The notes: generated by a model not told the origin, from the letters alone. DNA of 64,000 nt from Blastocatellia bacterium (GCA_025057015.1 JANWYG010000017.1:193071-257070), one strand, 5' to 3'; shown: positions 1-9,499, numbered from the stretch's first letter. Program-made: numbers and translations.

Positions 1-276
1 TTCACAGATCTTCCTTTCGGTAAACTTTTCGGCCTTGCCAAGGCCGACAAGTAACAGCCGAGCAGTAGCAAGCCCAGCCGCTAGACCTATGTAACAGGTT
101 TCGTTTGCCTTACCCCGAAACTCGCCACTTTCAAATAAACCCTGTAAGATATTGCCAAGTCTCGTATTCAGCTCAGCTAGTATGCCCGTAATCGACTCAC
201 TCTCGTACACGGGAAAAACTAGCATATCGGATGTAATTTCATAAAAATTCTCAGTAACAACCTTTACTTGCATCAT
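1..276 (-). CDS. pepA: leucyl aminopeptidase (M17 family), N-terminal fragment; gene runs off the window edge
   Basis: Not in the ORF track because it has no in-window stop. Minus-strand ATG at 276 (second ATG at 273) opens a frame that stays open to position 1 (92 codons): MMQVKVVTENFYEITSDMLVFPVYE...GEFRGKANETCYI...ARLLLVGLGKAEKF. This resembles the N-terminal domain of PepA-type aminopeptidases. By eye only. Confidence 0.55.
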   Translation of the reverse strand, partial: MMQVKVVTENFYEITSDMLVFPVYESESITGILAELNTRLGNILQGLFESGEFRGKANETCYIGLAAGLATARLLLVGLGKAEKFTERKICE

Positions 277-282
277 TACCCC

Positions 283-768
283 TTACCTGAGTCTGTTCTT
301 GATGGCCGCCCGAGCCTCATGCTCCAATTGTCGGGCTCGCTCACTTTCACGCTTATCGTAAAGCTTCTTGCCGCGTGCAACTGCAAGCTCTAGCTTGACA
401 AACCTGCCCTTAATGTATAGCTTCAAAGGTACTAACGTAAATCCATCTCGCTGCACCCTAGATGCCAACTTCAAGATCTCACTCTTGTGCAGAAGTAACT
501 TGCGTGTCCTCGTAGGATCATACTTACTTACGTTGGCACTGTGTCCATACTTGCTTATATGCATATTTAGCAGTAATGCCTCTCCATCTTTGACCAATAT
601 ATACGAATCCTTCAGATTTACACGGCCTTCACGTACCGATTTGACCTCGTTCCCTGTCAACACGATTCCTGCTTCGTAACTCTCTTGTACAAAATAGTCA
701 TGGTAAGCTTGTCGGTTTGACGCCACAACTTTAATAGACTTATCGGTTGGTTTTTTCATCTTTGTCAA
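283..768 (-). CDS. smpB: SsrA-binding protein SmpB
   Basis: 161 aa with [60 protein letters not shown]. Typical SmpB length and motifs. Confidence 0.95.
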   Translation of the reverse strand: MTKMKKPTDKSIKVVASNRQAYHDYFVQESYEAGIVLTGNEVKSVREGRVNLKDSYILVKDGEALLLNMHISKYGHSANVSKYDPTRTRKLLLHKSEILKLASRVQRDGFTLVPLKLYIKGRFVKLELAVARGKKLYDKRESERARQLEHEARAAIKNRLR

Positions 769-815
769 GTCCGTAAAGTATAGTAATTTTGTCGATCTTA
801 GAAAAGCTTCTTCCG

Positions 816-1733
816 CTAACGCAGTTCAAGCTTCACTAGATAAATACCAACCATAACTAGAATCCCTCCTACCAATGTATAAATAGAAGGTATTTGGCCC
901 CAGATCGCCCAAGCAAGTAACGCAGCACCTACCGGTTCGCCCAAAAACGCCGTCGATACTAACGAAGCACTCACATCCTTGAGCAGATAATTGAATACCG
1001 TATGCCCACCTATCGTCGGTACCAACGCCAGTACTACCAACCAAAAATACTCAGCCCTGCCAAGCGTCCATGGCCATACACCCGCAAATGCCGTAGGAAG
1101 GAAAAGGACTGCCGAGCTGACCGCATAGACAGCTGCAGTATAACTTGCAAGTCCTATCTCGCTACGCAACCTTCTGCCCAAAACAATGTAGCCTACTATT
1201 GCAACTGCTCCACACAAAGCTAACACATCACCTACCAACAAACCGCTTTCACTACCAAACTCACCTACCGACTCCAGCAATATTACCACTACACCACAAA
1301 ATGCTACTAGAGAAGCTGCTAAGTTTCTCCTTGAAAACGGCTCGCCCAAAAATATGTAACTTGCCATTGCAGTAAGTATAGGGTGGCAAGTCACTAGCAA
1401 AACCGAACGAGCTACTGGTATGTAGCCTAAAGAAAGTGTCCAGGTACCGAAATGTAAAGCCAAGCATAGTCCTGAAAGAAACAGTAGCACGGCCTTCTTA
1501 CTGTTGAAATCTCTGAGCTCGCTGCATATGTTTGTAATAAACGGTAGAGCAGTAAGCAGTGTCGCAAACAAAAGCCTATAGAAGGCTATGGCCAAAAAAT
1601 CTATCTCTCTCGATCCTAGATACTTGACTAAAATTGACGAAGTAGATATACAAGCTATCCCAAATGCCAGTGTAAGATATACTCTCCAGGGTGACATGGC
1701 ACAAGATTTTACTACCTTCACCACAAGCTTCAA
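816..1733 (-). CDS. EamA/DMT family transporter
   Basis: 305 aa with about 10 hydrophobic helices in two similar halves, typical of the drug/metabolite transporter superfamily. An alternative ATG at 1697 (MSPWRVY) is possible. Confidence 0.8.
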   Translation of the reverse strand: MKLVVKVVKSCAMSPWRVYLTLAFGIACISTSSILVKYLGSREIDFLAIAFYRLLFATLLTALPFITNICSELRDFNSKKAVLLFLSGLCLALHFGTWTLSLGYIPVARSVLLVTCHPILTAMASYIFLGEPFSRRNLAASLVAFCGVVVILLESVGEFGSESGLLVGDVLALCGAVAIVGYIVLGRRLRSEIGLASYTAAVYAVSSAVLFLPTAFAGVWPWTLGRAEYFWLVVLALVPTIGGHTVFNYLLKDVSASLVSTAFLGEPVGAALLAWAIWGQIPSIYTLVGGILVMVGIYLVKLELR

Positions 1734-1745
1734 GAAAGAGCCACT

Positions 1746-2198
1746 ATGATACTTCCTCTACTCATCGCGTTACTTCAGTCAGCTAATTTTACAGGTTTGT
1801 GGAAACTTGACAAGCAAAGCAGCGACCTGCCCTACGTCTTCGAGCTAGTAGATGAATACACGCTCAAAGTTGAACACTATGACGATAAGCTCTCACTCGA
1901 GATAGAGTTTTCAGTAAAAGGTCGCACTGTCAAAGGCCAAAAGGAAAGCTACTTAATAAACGGATCTGCTCAGACTTCTAAAGATGTTCGAGGAGTACAA
2001 ATAACGCGAAGCGTACGTAGCGATGGCGATAAACTGCTCATCTCTTCGGAGAAGATCTTTGCCGGCATGCTACAATTACCCACAATAAATGAGCTGCAAG
2101 AGTGGTCGCTGTCAACTGACAGCAAGACGCTCACTATAACAGTTAGCGACATCAACAACCCTACTTCAAAACAAAAGCGAGTTTTTAAGAAGTACTGA
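1746..2198 (+). CDS. hypothetical protein, possibly lipocalin/calycin-like beta-barrel
   Basis: 150 aa with a short hydrophobic N-terminus followed by FTGLWKLDKQSSD, a GxWKL-type lipocalin/FABP-like opening. The rest alternates in a beta-strand-like pattern. Its stop overlaps the next start by 1 nt. Confidence 0.45.
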   Translation: MILPLLIALLQSANFTGLWKLDKQSSDLPYVFELVDEYTLKVEHYDDKLSLEIEFSVKGRTVKGQKESYLINGSAQTSKDVRGVQITRSVRSDGDKLLISSEKIFAGMLQLPTINELQEWSLSTDSKTLTITVSDINNPTSKQKRVFKKY

Positions 2199-2623
2199 TG
2201 TTAGAAAACCAAGATTTGCAAAACATAAAGCAGCTGCTTGCCACTTCTAAGACTATAGCCGTAGTAGGTATGACTCCCCACGTTTACAAGCCCTCTTATT
2301 TTGTCCCGAAATACTTGCGCGACAATGGCTATGATATTTATCCCGTTAACCCAAGGTATGAACAGATTGATGGGCTAACCTGTTATCCAAACCTATCTGC
2401 CGTACCGGTTCGGATAGATATCTGCGAAGTCTTTCGTCGCTCAGAGGAAGTACTCGCTCATGCGCTTGAAGCTCTGCAAGTTAAACCCCGCGCCTTTTGG
2501 ATGCAAAGTGGTATCATAAACCTAGAGGCAGCAAAACTACTGGCTGAAGCAGGTATTCAGGTAATTATGGACAGATGCATGTATACTGACCATTTCAACT
2601 TGATCGCCCGTCATAACCGATAG
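2198..2623 (+). CDS. CoA-binding domain protein (YccU/YneT-like)
   Basis: 141 aa with IAVVGMTPHVYKPSYFVPKYLRDNGYDIYPVNP and QSGIINLEA, typical of small CoA-binding proteins. Confidence 0.85.
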   Translation: MLENQDLQNIKQLLATSKTIAVVGMTPHVYKPSYFVPKYLRDNGYDIYPVNPRYEQIDGLTCYPNLSAVPVRIDICEVFRRSEEVLAHALEALQVKPRAFWMQSGIINLEAAKLLAEAGIQVIMDRCMYTDHFNLIARHNR

Positions 2624-2705
2624 AGCAGATTTTCATTGACTCAAAATCAATTGTTTGCTAGTGTGCTGCCTAGTTTCTGCTATCAACCACTCACCGGAGG
2701 CAGTA

Positions 2706-3608
2706 ATGAAACTCAAAAGCATACTCTTTGCAGCCTTGCTGCTGTGTTTTTCGCGCGCTTCCGCACAAGAAGCAGGTACAGCAAAAACCATAGTTAAAGC
2801 AGATGCAATCTACTATGGCGCATTTGTTAGCGAAAATCCAATACCGTCAGATACCCAGATCGTTGCTTCCCCTCTAGAACCATTCAGACGGTACTACACC
2901 CAAGGCCAAATCGTCTACCTTAACAAAGGACAGTCGCAAGGTATCAAAGTAGGTGACCTCTACCAGACTTTACGATCGCTTGGAGTTTTTAAACACCCAT
3001 TTAAGAAAGCTAAATTAGGCTACTACAACGAACAGACCGGAATAATCAGAATAATCTCCGTGCAAGACACCTCAGCTACCGCAGAAGTGTATGACACCTA
3101 CAATGGTGTAATGCTTGGCGATATCGTAGTCCCCTTTCAGAAGCTCACTCCGCCAGAAGCACGTCCTTATGGCAAATTCGATCCGATGGCTATTTCTACC
3201 GGTAAACTCACCGGACAGATAGTATGGGCTCGGGATAGCCGAGAACAATTGTCAACAGGAGACGTGGTTATAGTAGACGTAGGTGAGCGAGTCGGAGTTA
3301 AACTAGGCGACTACTTTACCATCTATCGCGAGCAAGGTAGCGATGGGATACTTAACTATGCTGACTTCGAATTCGGTATGAGAAGATCCACAGGCGGCAG
3401 CCTACGTTTCCGAGGCAGCGAATTTGCCATTGACAGACCTGTAGAAGGTCGTGACGTTCTTAGGCGCCGTTACGACAGTTCGACGATGCCTAGGACAAAT
3501 GTAGGTGAGTTGGTTATAATCCGTGTCGAAGGTACTACAGCCACCGGAGTCGTCGTCCGTACCCAAGGTGGCGAAGCCTTTGTAGGCGATAAGATCGAAC
3601 TGCAGTAA
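2706..3608 (+). CDS. secreted hypothetical protein with repeated small beta-domains
   Basis: The ORF opens at 2655, but the ATG at 2706 gives a clean signal peptide (MKLKSILFAALLLCFSRASAQE). Segments of the form G-x-K-[VL]-GD recur (GIKVGDLYQ, GVKLGDYFT, FVGDKIEL). I recognise no family. Confidence 0.6.
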   Translation: MKLKSILFAALLLCFSRASAQEAGTAKTIVKADAIYYGAFVSENPIPSDTQIVASPLEPFRRYYTQGQIVYLNKGQSQGIKVGDLYQTLRSLGVFKHPFKKAKLGYYNEQTGIIRIISVQDTSATAEVYDTYNGVMLGDIVVPFQKLTPPEARPYGKFDPMAISTGKLTGQIVWARDSREQLSTGDVVIVDVGERVGVKLGDYFTIYREQGSDGILNYADFEFGMRRSTGGSLRFRGSEFAIDRPVEGRDVLRRRYDSSTMPRTNVGELVIIRVEGTTATGVVVRTQGGEAFVGDKIELQ

Positions 3609-3617
3609 AACAAACCT

Positions 3618-3643
3618 GCCCTTAGCCCTCTTTGGCTAAGGGC
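3618..3643. terminator. perfect 10-bp stem hairpin between convergent genes (bidirectional terminator candidate)
   Basis: GCCCTTAGCC (3618-3627), loop CTCTTT, GGCTAAGGGC (3634-3643). On the minus strand it is followed by AGGTTTGTTTT. The 3' arm overlaps the stop codon of the 3636-5969 gene. Confidence 0.55.
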
Positions 3644-5969
3644 GTGCAACTAAATTGCAAAGCAGCCTGTATGCTCCCGCATTTCCTATACGTAGCTGCC
3701 TATGCAGCGACAGCGAGGTATAGATATACCTACCCCTTCCGTAACTTGCTACCAGCAAGCCTCCCTTTAACGCCTCTCCTTCACCGTCCTTCATAGAAAG
3801 TATAGCAGAATAAGCTTCACTCCAAGAGTCAGCAAAAAATAGCCCCCGCTCCTGTACCCAACCTGCAAAGTCAACTTCTGAAATCTTGTTTGGAGCGTTC
3901 AACACCGGATGCTCAGGAATCAAAAACTCCACAGGCGAAGCTTCATCACCCACGTAAGCCCAACCTAAGCGAATTCTATAAGGCGCGTAGCCCTCATTCC
4001 AGTCTTCAGGTCGCTGCCGAAAAACAAGCAATGTCCCTCCAGCACGCATAAAATCCTGCAGCCGAGAGGTCATCTCCTTCAGTTTTGGATAAGCAAGATA
4101 AACATGACTGTCAAGTATTACAGTGTCAAAGTAAGCCAAAGACCACCCCAGCTCATCTGGATTTAAAGCAACAGCTTTGATACCAAGTAGCTCTAAAGCC
4201 GCCTGTAAACTGCTGCCTTCAGAGATAGCCAAATATCCTACTCTGACATTAGGAACCGTCAAACGTGCAATAGTACACGTTAGCACCTCCTCTGCTAGTA
4301 ACTGACCAGCAGCGCTTACCAGCATAATCGACACCGGAGCTGAGACACCTTCATAGATAGACTTAGCAGTAGCACTAAAAATCACCGCGTTAGATTTACC
4401 TGGTTGAATCTGTAGGCTCACACCAGATGGAAACAGATCAATCAACTCGCTCGCTACTTTCAGCCGGCCTTGTACTACCGAAGAAGACAAATTTACTACC
4501 TCGACCTTTATCGGTACTACAACCCGCAGCCTATCGTCTAAATTAAACAACAGCTTTTTGGTTGCTACCTTGAGCCGTACAGCTGGTTCTACGTCAACAT
4601 CTAGCGTAGCAGTCAACCTAAGAGGCTCATCCAGCCCGTCCAGAGTTAGTACGGCCTCGGCAGAAATCTGAGGCTCCAGCAAATCTCGCTTCGCAAAAAC
4701 TGTTCGTGCATGCGGCAAGATCTTGAACGAATAGCGCAGTACTACTTCTTCCCCTCGATTAATCTGCTTGGGCAGCTTAGGTTCGCTTATCTGCCAGTCC
4801 TCCGGATACAAGACACGCAAATCCAACAAACCAACATCCGCAATATCGTCTTGCCGTAACTTGAAGTCCACACTAAACGCCTGTCCTTGTACCAAAGACG
4901 AGCTGCTACAAGCTGCGCTAAACCTAAATCCCAAAGCAGCCTTCAGAGCATCCACAAGCTTAGCCTCAAGAATCCTTGCATATGAATCTTCTCTACCCTG
5001 TCTTCTCCTATAATCTCGAACATAGTTGATAGCACGCTTGAGTCTAGCAGATAATTCGGCTCGCGGTAGCAGCCCTACAGCCATAGCATCTTCATCAGCA
5101 AATACCATAGGTAGTACAGTGTCGTACACAGCCGGTCGATCGAAACGCTGATCTATCCTATACCACCGCCTAAATCTGTCTCCTGCCACCTTCTTTACTA
5201 GAGAATACCTGATCATCCTCTCGAAAGTCTTAGGCAATTCCGGCCGAGAACCTTGCGATCTGTGCTCTAGCTGCGATTGAAAAGCTAACTCTGCATACTT
5301 CTTGCCACGTACAGGTTCAGTTGCATAAGAGTCAAACTCGACATCAAACTCCATTGCACCCACAGGTAGCCGCTCGAACATTCGCCTTACCTGCCATACA
5401 CCTACGCCACTGCCTATTTGCTCACGGAAAGACATCTTGTCAGAAGCCATGTCGATAGCCTGCTCGATCAACATCCTGGTAGCTCTATGCTGACCGTCTT
5501 TGTCATCTCTTCTGTGAGTCGTAATAACCACTTCTGGACAGTATAGCCGTATTACATAAACTAGCCTACGCAGCACTTCAGTCTTGTCCCAGTGAAGAAA
5601 CGCTTCTTCAGCAGACTTACAAGGACCAAAATCCGGTACTCCTACACTAAATAAAACAGTATCCAACCTAGCTGCAGCACGGTTCAGCTCCTTCATCTTA
5701 AGAATTCCCAGCTCACTGTCCAATTCCGAGCCAGAAACATTCTCTCCTCCTTCCCCGCGAGTCAGCACGACTAGTACTGTCTTCGCCCCGTACTTCATGC
5801 GAAAGTAAGCTAACCCATCACTATCTTCGTCACCAGGATGCGTTGCTATAAACATCACTGTAAACGGATAGCGTACTGTAAGTAATGCCTGATAAAGCTC
5901 TACGTCTACAGTAGCCTTGCCCAAAGACGGTATAAATATAATCAGGATAGCAGCTAACTTCCTTACCAC
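3636..5969 (-). CDS. PIG-L/LmbE family deacetylase fused to a large C-terminal region (ThuA/class-I amidotransferase-like end)
   Basis: 777 aa with a GTG start preceded by GAAGGAAAC. N-terminal signal-like segment, then the LmbE-type core FIATHPGDEDSDG...VLTRGEGGEN...TTHRRDDKDGQH. The C-terminus (FDTVILDSHVYLAY...GGTLLVF) resembles ThuA-like domains. Confidence 0.7.
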   Translation of the reverse strand: MVRKLAAILIIFIPSLGKATVDVELYQALLTVRYPFTVMFIATHPGDEDSDGLAYFRMKYGAKTVLVVLTRGEGGENVSGSELDSELGILKMKELNRAAARLDTVLFSVGVPDFGPCKSAEEAFLHWDKTEVLRRLVYVIRLYCPEVVITTHRRDDKDGQHRATRMLIEQAIDMASDKMSFREQIGSGVGVWQVRRMFERLPVGAMEFDVEFDSYATEPVRGKKYAELAFQSQLEHRSQGSRPELPKTFERMIRYSLVKKVAGDRFRRWYRIDQRFDRPAVYDTVLPMVFADEDAMAVGLLPRAELSARLKRAINYVRDYRRRQGREDSYARILEAKLVDALKAALGFRFSAACSSSSLVQGQAFSVDFKLRQDDIADVGLLDLRVLYPEDWQISEPKLPKQINRGEEVVLRYSFKILPHARTVFAKRDLLEPQISAEAVLTLDGLDEPLRLTATLDVDVEPAVRLKVATKKLLFNLDDRLRVVVPIKVEVVNLSSSVVQGRLKVASELIDLFPSGVSLQIQPGKSNAVIFSATAKSIYEGVSAPVSIMLVSAAGQLLAEEVLTCTIARLTVPNVRVGYLAISEGSSLQAALELLGIKAVALNPDELGWSLAYFDTVILDSHVYLAYPKLKEMTSRLQDFMRAGGTLLVFRQRPEDWNEGYAPYRIRLGWAYVGDEASPVEFLIPEHPVLNAPNKISEVDFAGWVQERGLFFADSWSEAYSAILSMKDGEGEALKGGLLVASYGRGRYIYTSLSLHRQLRIGNAGAYRLLCNLVARP

Positions 5970-6148
5970 AGCCGTTTCCTTCGCCCGAATATGTCAACCT
6001 GTGTCGACCAAGCAGACAAAGTGAGAGTCCAGGTATGCTGCGACAGCTGAAAGCATTCTGTCAAGACGAACAGAGAAAAGACTGAACCGACTGAAAACAA
6101 CACTCAGGTAGCAGACAGTCTAGGAAACTGGCAGATTAGCCGAAAGGG

Positions 6149-6502
6149 TTAGTAGCGCGGCATAGCAGGATCTACCGTAGCCGCCCATTCATCTATGCCA
6201 CCTTTGAGATTTAAAACTTTTGTAAATCCCCGACAACGTAGCCAGCTAGCTACGATAGCGCTTCGTACGCCAGCATGGCATATAACTACTATCTCCTTGC
6301 TGGGATCAAGCAGCTCAATCCGTCCCCAGAGTTCCGACATCGGCATCAGAGTAGATCCTTCGATGCGACATATCTCATACTCAAAAGGCTCGCGCACATC
6401 TAGTAAGAAGAGCCCTTTTTCATCAAGCTCAAGTCGACGCTTAAGCTCAACCGGAGTGATATTCAGTACCTCGGCATCTTGGGATCTACTTTCTGCGCCC
6501 AT
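6149..6502 (-). CDS. single-domain rhodanese sulfurtransferase
   Basis: 117 aa with LLDVREPFEYEICRIEG and the active-site loop ICHAGVRS. It is a close paralogue of the C-terminal domain of the upstream fusion protein. Confidence 0.85.
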   Translation of the reverse strand: MGAESRSQDAEVLNITPVELKRRLELDEKGLFLLDVREPFEYEICRIEGSTLMPMSELWGRIELLDPSKEIVVICHAGVRSAIVASWLRCRGFTKVLNLKGGIDEWAATVDPAMPRY

Positions 6503-8319
6503 GCGTCTATCCCGCCTAACAAGTTTTTGACGTTTTTAAACCCTGCGGACCTAAGCAACGCAGCAGCTTTGGCACTTCTTCCGCCTAACTTGCAATGGAC
6601 TACTATTTCACGCTCGGGATCTAGCTCGACGAGTCTGTTTTGCAACTGTCCAAGTGGTATCAGTACAGCTCCATCGAGACGACATATCTGGTATTCGTGC
6701 GGTTCGCGCACGTCCAAGATGAACGGCCTTTCTCCGGCATCTATTCGCCTCTTTAACTCTTCTACAGTGATGTCAGTCATAGACTCCTCGACTTTCCTAG
6801 TTATGCCACAAAACTGTTGGTAGTCAATAAGCTTGGTGATAGTTGCGTTCGGCCCGCACAGTGGACAAGAGGGGTTTTTTCTCAGCTTCATTTCGCGAAA
6901 CTTCATCCTCAAAGCATCAAACAATAACAGACGCCCTATCAAAAGTTCGCCGCAGCCAAGTATCAGCTTTATAACTTCGGTAGCTTGTATAAGGCCTATA
7001 ACACCGGGCAATATTCCCAACACCCCACCTTCTGCACAGGACGGTACTAGTCCAGGTGGCGGCGGCTCTGGATACAGACAACGATAGCACGGGCCCTCTT
7101 TGGCATAGAAGACTGATGCTTGACCCTCAAACTTAAAGATACTGCCATAGACGTTTGGCTTACCAGTAAGCACGCAAGCATCATTGACCAGGTACCGCGT
7201 AGGGAAATTATCCGTCCCATCAGCTATCACATCATAGTCGGAAAACAGCCTCAATGCATTTTCAGAACTCAGCGCTAATTCATGAGTTTCTACCTGCACA
7301 TGCGGATTGACATCATTTACTCGGTCTTTAGCAGATACAAGCTTTGGCCTACCTACATCCTTGGTTCCATATATCACCTGCCGCTGAAGATTTGACCTAT
7401 CTACATTGTCAAAATCTACTAGCCCAATGCGCCCAACACCAACAGCTGCAAGATAGAGCGCCAAAGGAGATCCCAATCCTCCAACACCTATAAGCAACAC
7501 GCTGGAAGCTTTAAGCTTTTTCTGCCCTTCCATTCCAACTTCCGGCAAAATTAAGTGCCTACTGTAGCGTTCCACTTCGTCTTTTGATAGCTCTACTAGC
7601 TGCTGTAAACCACAAACACCACCCGCTATTGAAGGTATAATACTTATCTCATCTGCTTCCCTCAGCTGAGTCTGTTCGTTGTCAAGGTGACGTATGTCCT
7701 CATCTCCAACGTAGATATTGACAAAACTTCGCAGCTTCCCCTGTTCATTAAACAAATGCTTGCGTAACTCGGAATACTGCGAAGTAAGCTCTGCTAAAGC
7801 TTCACCAACCGTAGCTGCCTCGACTTCTACTACGTCCCTACCTTCGCTATACTGTCTCAGCGCTGATGGAATATATATTTTAGCCATAACACCTACTCCT
7901 ACTATCCGTTCAGCTTCAAACCGTGACCTATCATCAGCCAACACCCAGGAAGTTATTTCCCGGCTGACTCCATCACGTACAGATACAATCATGAACGACT
8001 CCATCGGAAACGGCGCGTTTTCGCGATCAAACTCAGAAGGTAACGCCGGCGCATTAGGATGCGAGTGATAGCAACCTATTACGTCAAGTCCTCGCCTTCT
8101 TGCAGCACGTTCAGCCATAAACCGCTGACGCGCAGAAATAAGATAACGGTTACCTCTCGCCGCTTCTTCTTGCTCGTTCTCTAGAGGTAACACCTCGACA
8201 AGTGTCTTCACCTGTCCAACTATACTGCCTAACAGTAATCCACAACATTCATTCGGAAAGGCCGCTTCGGCTTGTCTTCGTATCTGCCCAAGCTGCCGCT
8301 GCTTTACTCGCAACATCAC
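6463..8319 (-). CDS. fusion protein: JAMM/MPN+ metalloprotease, ThiS/MoaD-like sulfur carrier, MoeB/ThiF-type E1 adenylyltransferase, rhodanese (Mec-CysO-MoeZ-like)
   Basis: 618 aa. JAMM motif: NECCG plus CYHSHPNAPALPSEFD (HxHx7SxxD). Carrier: MAKIYIPSAL...IIPSIAGG, beta-grasp sized, ending in GG. E1: LLIGVGGLGSPLALYLAAVGVG, DFDNVDRSNLQRQ, CYRC...CPLC. Rhodanese: HCKLGGRS. Its start overlaps the cysM stop (ATGA). Confidence 0.85.
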   Translation of the reverse strand: MMLRVKQRQLGQIRRQAEAAFPNECCGLLLGSIVGQVKTLVEVLPLENEQEEAARGNRYLISARQRFMAERAARRRGLDVIGCYHSHPNAPALPSEFDRENAPFPMESFMIVSVRDGVSREITSWVLADDRSRFEAERIVGVGVMAKIYIPSALRQYSEGRDVVEVEAATVGEALAELTSQYSELRKHLFNEQGKLRSFVNIYVGDEDIRHLDNEQTQLREADEISIIPSIAGGVCGLQQLVELSKDEVERYSRHLILPEVGMEGQKKLKASSVLLIGVGGLGSPLALYLAAVGVGRIGLVDFDNVDRSNLQRQVIYGTKDVGRPKLVSAKDRVNDVNPHVQVETHELALSSENALRLFSDYDVIADGTDNFPTRYLVNDACVLTGKPNVYGSIFKFEGQASVFYAKEGPCYRCLYPEPPPPGLVPSCAEGGVLGILPGVIGLIQATEVIKLILGCGELLIGRLLLFDALRMKFREMKLRKNPSCPLCGPNATITKLIDYQQFCGITRKVEESMTDITVEELKRRIDAGERPFILDVREPHEYQICRLDGAVLIPLGQLQNRLVELDPEREIVVHCKLGGRSAKAAALLRSAGFKNVKNLLGGIDAWAQKVDPKMPRY

Positions 8320-9224
8320 TTCTCATCCCAAAACCTATCGTTTACATACTTCGCGCCGCCGTCACATAGTATCGTCACATAAACCCCAGGACCACACTCG
8401 CGGGCAAGCCGCTCCGTAGCTAGCACGTTCGCTGCAGCCGATACGCCTACAAACAAACCTTCCTCGCGAGCTAACTCTCGCGCCATACGATATGCCTCTT
8501 CCGTACTTACCGTCAGCTCATCATCTGCCACCGTAGGATCATATATCCCCGGCTTTATCGCCGTGGGCATGTGCTTAAGCCCTTCAAGTCCATGAAACGG
8601 CCCGTCTGGCTGTACCGAAACAACCGATATCTCGGGTTTTAGCTCCTTAAGCCTCCGGGAAGTGCCGATGAAGGTTCCGCTAGTTCCAAGACCAGCAACA
8701 AAATGGGTCACTCGACCTCCGGTTTGCTCCCATATCTCGTTCGCAGTACCATGGTAGTGAGCCAACCAGTTAGCATCATTGTTGTACTGATCTGGATAGA
8801 AATATTTCTCAGGCGAGTCCTCTACTATGCTCCTTACCACGTTTATTGCCCCGTCGGTTCCCTCAAACGGATTCGAGTAAATCAAGTCAGCCCCATAAGC
8901 CAGTAGAGTACGCTTCCGCTCGTTACTCGCATTTGCAGGTATGCATAAAGTTACTTTGTAACCTAATGCCGCTCCTATCCAAGCATAGGATATTCCAGTG
9001 TTCCCAGAAGTCGCATCTATTATCACTCGCTCACGCGTCAGACGCCCACTGCGTATCCCTTCCATTATCATGTTCAGCGCAGGCCTGTCTTTGACCGAAC
9101 CACCAGGATTGTACCACTCAGCCTTGGCATATACCTCAGCACCTACACGCCGACTAACCCCCTCTAGCTTGATGAGCGGCGTCCAACCTACTAAATCTAG
9201 CAATTTCTTACTATTTTTAAACAT
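8316..9224 (-). CDS. cysM: PLP-dependent cysteine synthase (CysM/CysK family)
   Basis: 302 aa with GGSVKDRPA (PLP lysine), DATSGNTGISYA and GLGTSGTFIG. The cysM symbol is chosen only because the adjacent carrier/E1 system matches the CysO-dependent pathway. Confidence 0.85.
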   Translation of the reverse strand: MFKNSKKLLDLVGWTPLIKLEGVSRRVGAEVYAKAEWYNPGGSVKDRPALNMIMEGIRSGRLTRERVIIDATSGNTGISYAWIGAALGYKVTLCIPANASNERKRTLLAYGADLIYSNPFEGTDGAINVVRSIVEDSPEKYFYPDQYNNDANWLAHYHGTANEIWEQTGGRVTHFVAGLGTSGTFIGTSRRLKELKPEISVVSVQPDGPFHGLEGLKHMPTAIKPGIYDPTVADDELTVSTEEAYRMARELAREEGLFVGVSAAANVLATERLARECGPGVYVTILCDGGAKYVNDRFWDEK

Positions 9225-9438
9225 TTCTGTTTTTATAATATTTCTGTTATTTTAATCGAGTTTATACTACTCCCAACTAGAAATGCAATCCCAGCTACCA
9301 AAGTTTTGCAGAAAAATCTTTCAATATAGGCCAGCAGTAACTTACCCCTACACTCTGATTAGTCTAACAGATCCTAGTTGAAAGCTTATCACTGCAACTT
9401 GAAGGTGCATTCCAGATTCTAGACTCGACGGTAGTGTC

Positions 9439-9467
9439 AAAAGAGGTTAGCCAGACTACCAATCTGG
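9439..9467 (-). terminator. candidate intrinsic terminator after the kinase gene
   Basis: Minus-strand CCAGAT-TGGTA-GTCTGG hairpin (9451-9467), followed by CTAACCTCTTTT, about 30 nt past the stop at 9500. The stem is short, so confidence is low. Confidence 0.35.
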
Positions 9468-9499
9468 CACAAGGTAGTTCTAAACAGAGCAAACAGCGC

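Noticed and set aside
769-815. Looked for tmRNA (ssrA) next to smpB. More generally looked for tRNA T-loop motifs (GGTTCGAATCC or its complement), rRNA, CRISPR repeats and IS/integrase genes across the window.
   Set aside because: None found. The smpB flanks are too short for ssrA, and no intergenic region showed tRNA-like or repeat-spacer structure. The scan was by eye, so tRNAscan/Infernal/CRISPR tools should confirm it.
9465-9470. A TGGCAC hexamer that could be a sigma-54 -24 element in the cysM upstream region.
   Set aside because: There is no TTGC -12 element at the correct spacing (the sequence is TGGCACAAGGTAGTTC). It is on the plus strand, pointing away from any plus-strand gene.
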